Virus record (IMG/VR): IMGVR_UViG_3300037467_001303
Span: 1 to 64,000 of that record
Length of the DNA stretch: 64,000 bases
Strand: one strand, 5' to 3'
DNA from: a virus
The translations under genes and the position numbers were made by a program. Of this stretch, positions 63,032 through 64,000 are shown one piece after another. The notes below the pieces were generated by a model. That model was not told where the DNA came from, ran no database searches, and saw nothing but the letters and a program-made list of their open reading frames with translations. Each line of letters opens with the position of its first letter. Position 1 is the first letter of the stretch.

Positions 63032-63384
63032 AGCGCCCCCTGTCCATCGAGCATGCGGTTCGCCACCAGCGGCACGCCGAGTTCCCGCGCCATCCTGCGT
63101 GCGAGCTGGCCACGACGGAAGGCGCGAGCGAACTGCGCGTGCGGCCTCGGCACCAGTGGAGCGTAGCGGCGCACCGCCCTGCCATCCACATGGCCCATGT
63201 AGAAGCCCTCCCGCTGGTTGCGGCTGGTGGGCATGGTCCCCGGCAAGATACCCGACACGACCCAGGCAGCGTACTGGTTGCGGGTCAGGCCCAGGAACTC
63301 GCGCAGGGTCCGGCCCTCGCCCTCACCGGCATGCCAGCGTTCGGTGAGATCGTCGAGCTGTTCAAGGGATGGCAGTCGGGTCAT
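63028..63384 (-). CDS. Fusion of a small domain with an SRxQREG-motif module
   Basis: Start 63384; internal MPTSRNQREGFYMG at ATG 63234. Confidence 0.6.
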   Translation of the reverse strand: MTRLPSLEQLDDLTERWHAGEGEGRTLREFLGLTRNQYAAWVVSGILPGTMPTSRNQREGFYMGHVDGRAVRRYAPLVPRPHAQFARAFRRGQLARRMARELGVPLVANRMLDGQGAL

Positions 63385-63671
63385 GCAGGCAGCTCGCCGG
63401 TATGCACCTGGCCAGCCTGCACCAGTGCAAGGTACTCTGGATCGTCGTAGATGCGCTTCGAGCCGACCACGGCGCGGTAGATGCGACCCTCGGCGTCCGA
63501 GAACAGGCACAGGTCGCTGTTCGAGACGGTGCGATTGCGCCCGCAGGCCTTGCCGTTGGAGACGACGTAGCGGACCGCGCAGCCGGCGTCCAGCGCCTTG
63601 CGGAACGCGTGCTCGTCCTTCATGCCGATCACGGTGTCGGCAATGCGTTGCGCCCTCTTGATCACGGCCAT
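63381..63671 (-). CDS. Hypothetical protein
   Basis: 96-aa coupled ORF. Confidence 0.6.
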   Translation of the reverse strand: MAVIKRAQRIADTVIGMKDEHAFRKALDAGCAVRYVVSNGKACGRNRTVSNSDLCLFSDAEGRIYRAVVGSKRIYDDPEYLALVQAGQVHTGELPA

Positions 63672-63672
63672 G

Positions 63673-63903
63673 TCAGAAGTCCTCGTAGTTCAGGGTTGGC
63701 TTGTCCAGGGCGACCAGCATCTTCGTCAGGCCGGTCCGCAGGTCCTCGACGCTGTCAAAGCTGGTCGTCATGGCGTTCTGCGTGATCGAGTGCGGCGCCT
63801 CGATGGGCGTGTCGTAGTGCGCTTCGTGGATCGCGTAGGACTCGTAGCGCACGCCTTCGACGATCTGCGTCGAGCGGACGACGCGGTAGTTCCAGGTGTT
63901 CAT
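63673..63903 (-). CDS. Conserved small phage protein
   Basis: WNYRVV..YAIHEAHYD..L..M..AL.KP.L pattern. Confidence 0.7.
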   Translation of the reverse strand: MNTWNYRVVRSTQIVEGVRYESYAIHEAHYDTPIEAPHSITQNAMTTSFDSVEDLRTGLTKMLVALDKPTLNYEDF

Positions 63904-64000
63904 TCGGATTGGTTCCTCGGCAGGGCGTGGAAGGTGTGGTTGCAGTGCGGGCAGGTGTAGATCACCAGGTTGAAGAACGGCTCGACCTCGACCGCATCGG
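63900..64000 (-). CDS. Partial Zn-ribbon protein (5' end outside the window)
   Basis: ...YTCPHCNHTFHALPRNQSE*. Confidence 0.5.
   Translation of the reverse strand, partial: DAVEVEPFFNLVIYTCPHCNHTFHALPRNQSE

Larger units (their letters stand above)
1..64000. mobile_element. Temperate phage, probably a phage-plasmid (partial genome)
   Basis: terS/terL, lysis genes and a cI/cro switch co-occur with a TrfA-iteron replicon and ParABS; no integrase in the window. Confidence 0.88.

Noticed and set aside
1-64000. Integrase/att sites, protelomerase or deazaguanine biosynthesis genes
   Set aside because: None recognisable in the window; they could lie outside it.

Overview
The whole window reads as part of a temperate, GC-rich phage that is probably maintained as a plasmid (phage-plasmid). 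No integrase, att site or bacterial housekeeping genes are visible. The host is probably a betaproteobacterium of the Burkholderiales (inference). Layout, left to right: (1) <1-17452, a 5'-truncated giant polyvalent, DarB-like virion protein (>5,800 aa). It carries a TGT/DpdA-like transglycosylase barrel, an N6-adenine methyltransferase, a SNF2 helicase, a zincin-type metallopeptidase, an ART-like domain and a PLxRFG-type C-terminus, plus a complete 104-aa gene nested in another frame. (2) Lysis cassette. (3) A long leftward early region with many small ORFs, an iteron origin plus TrfA-like initiator, ParA/ParB with three palindromic parS candidates (one inside parB), and ThyX-, NinB-, SSB- and exonuclease-like genes. 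(4) A lambda-like cI/cro switch with triple operators on each side. (5) A rightward replication/nin region (Ref-like, helicase, primase, candidate structured RNA, vWA, Q-like). (6) Putative tail-fibre genes. (7) A leftward cluster with repeated structured leaders and RadC. (8) terS-terL and a further leftward block of small ORFs. All family calls come from motif recognition by eye; no database searches were run.
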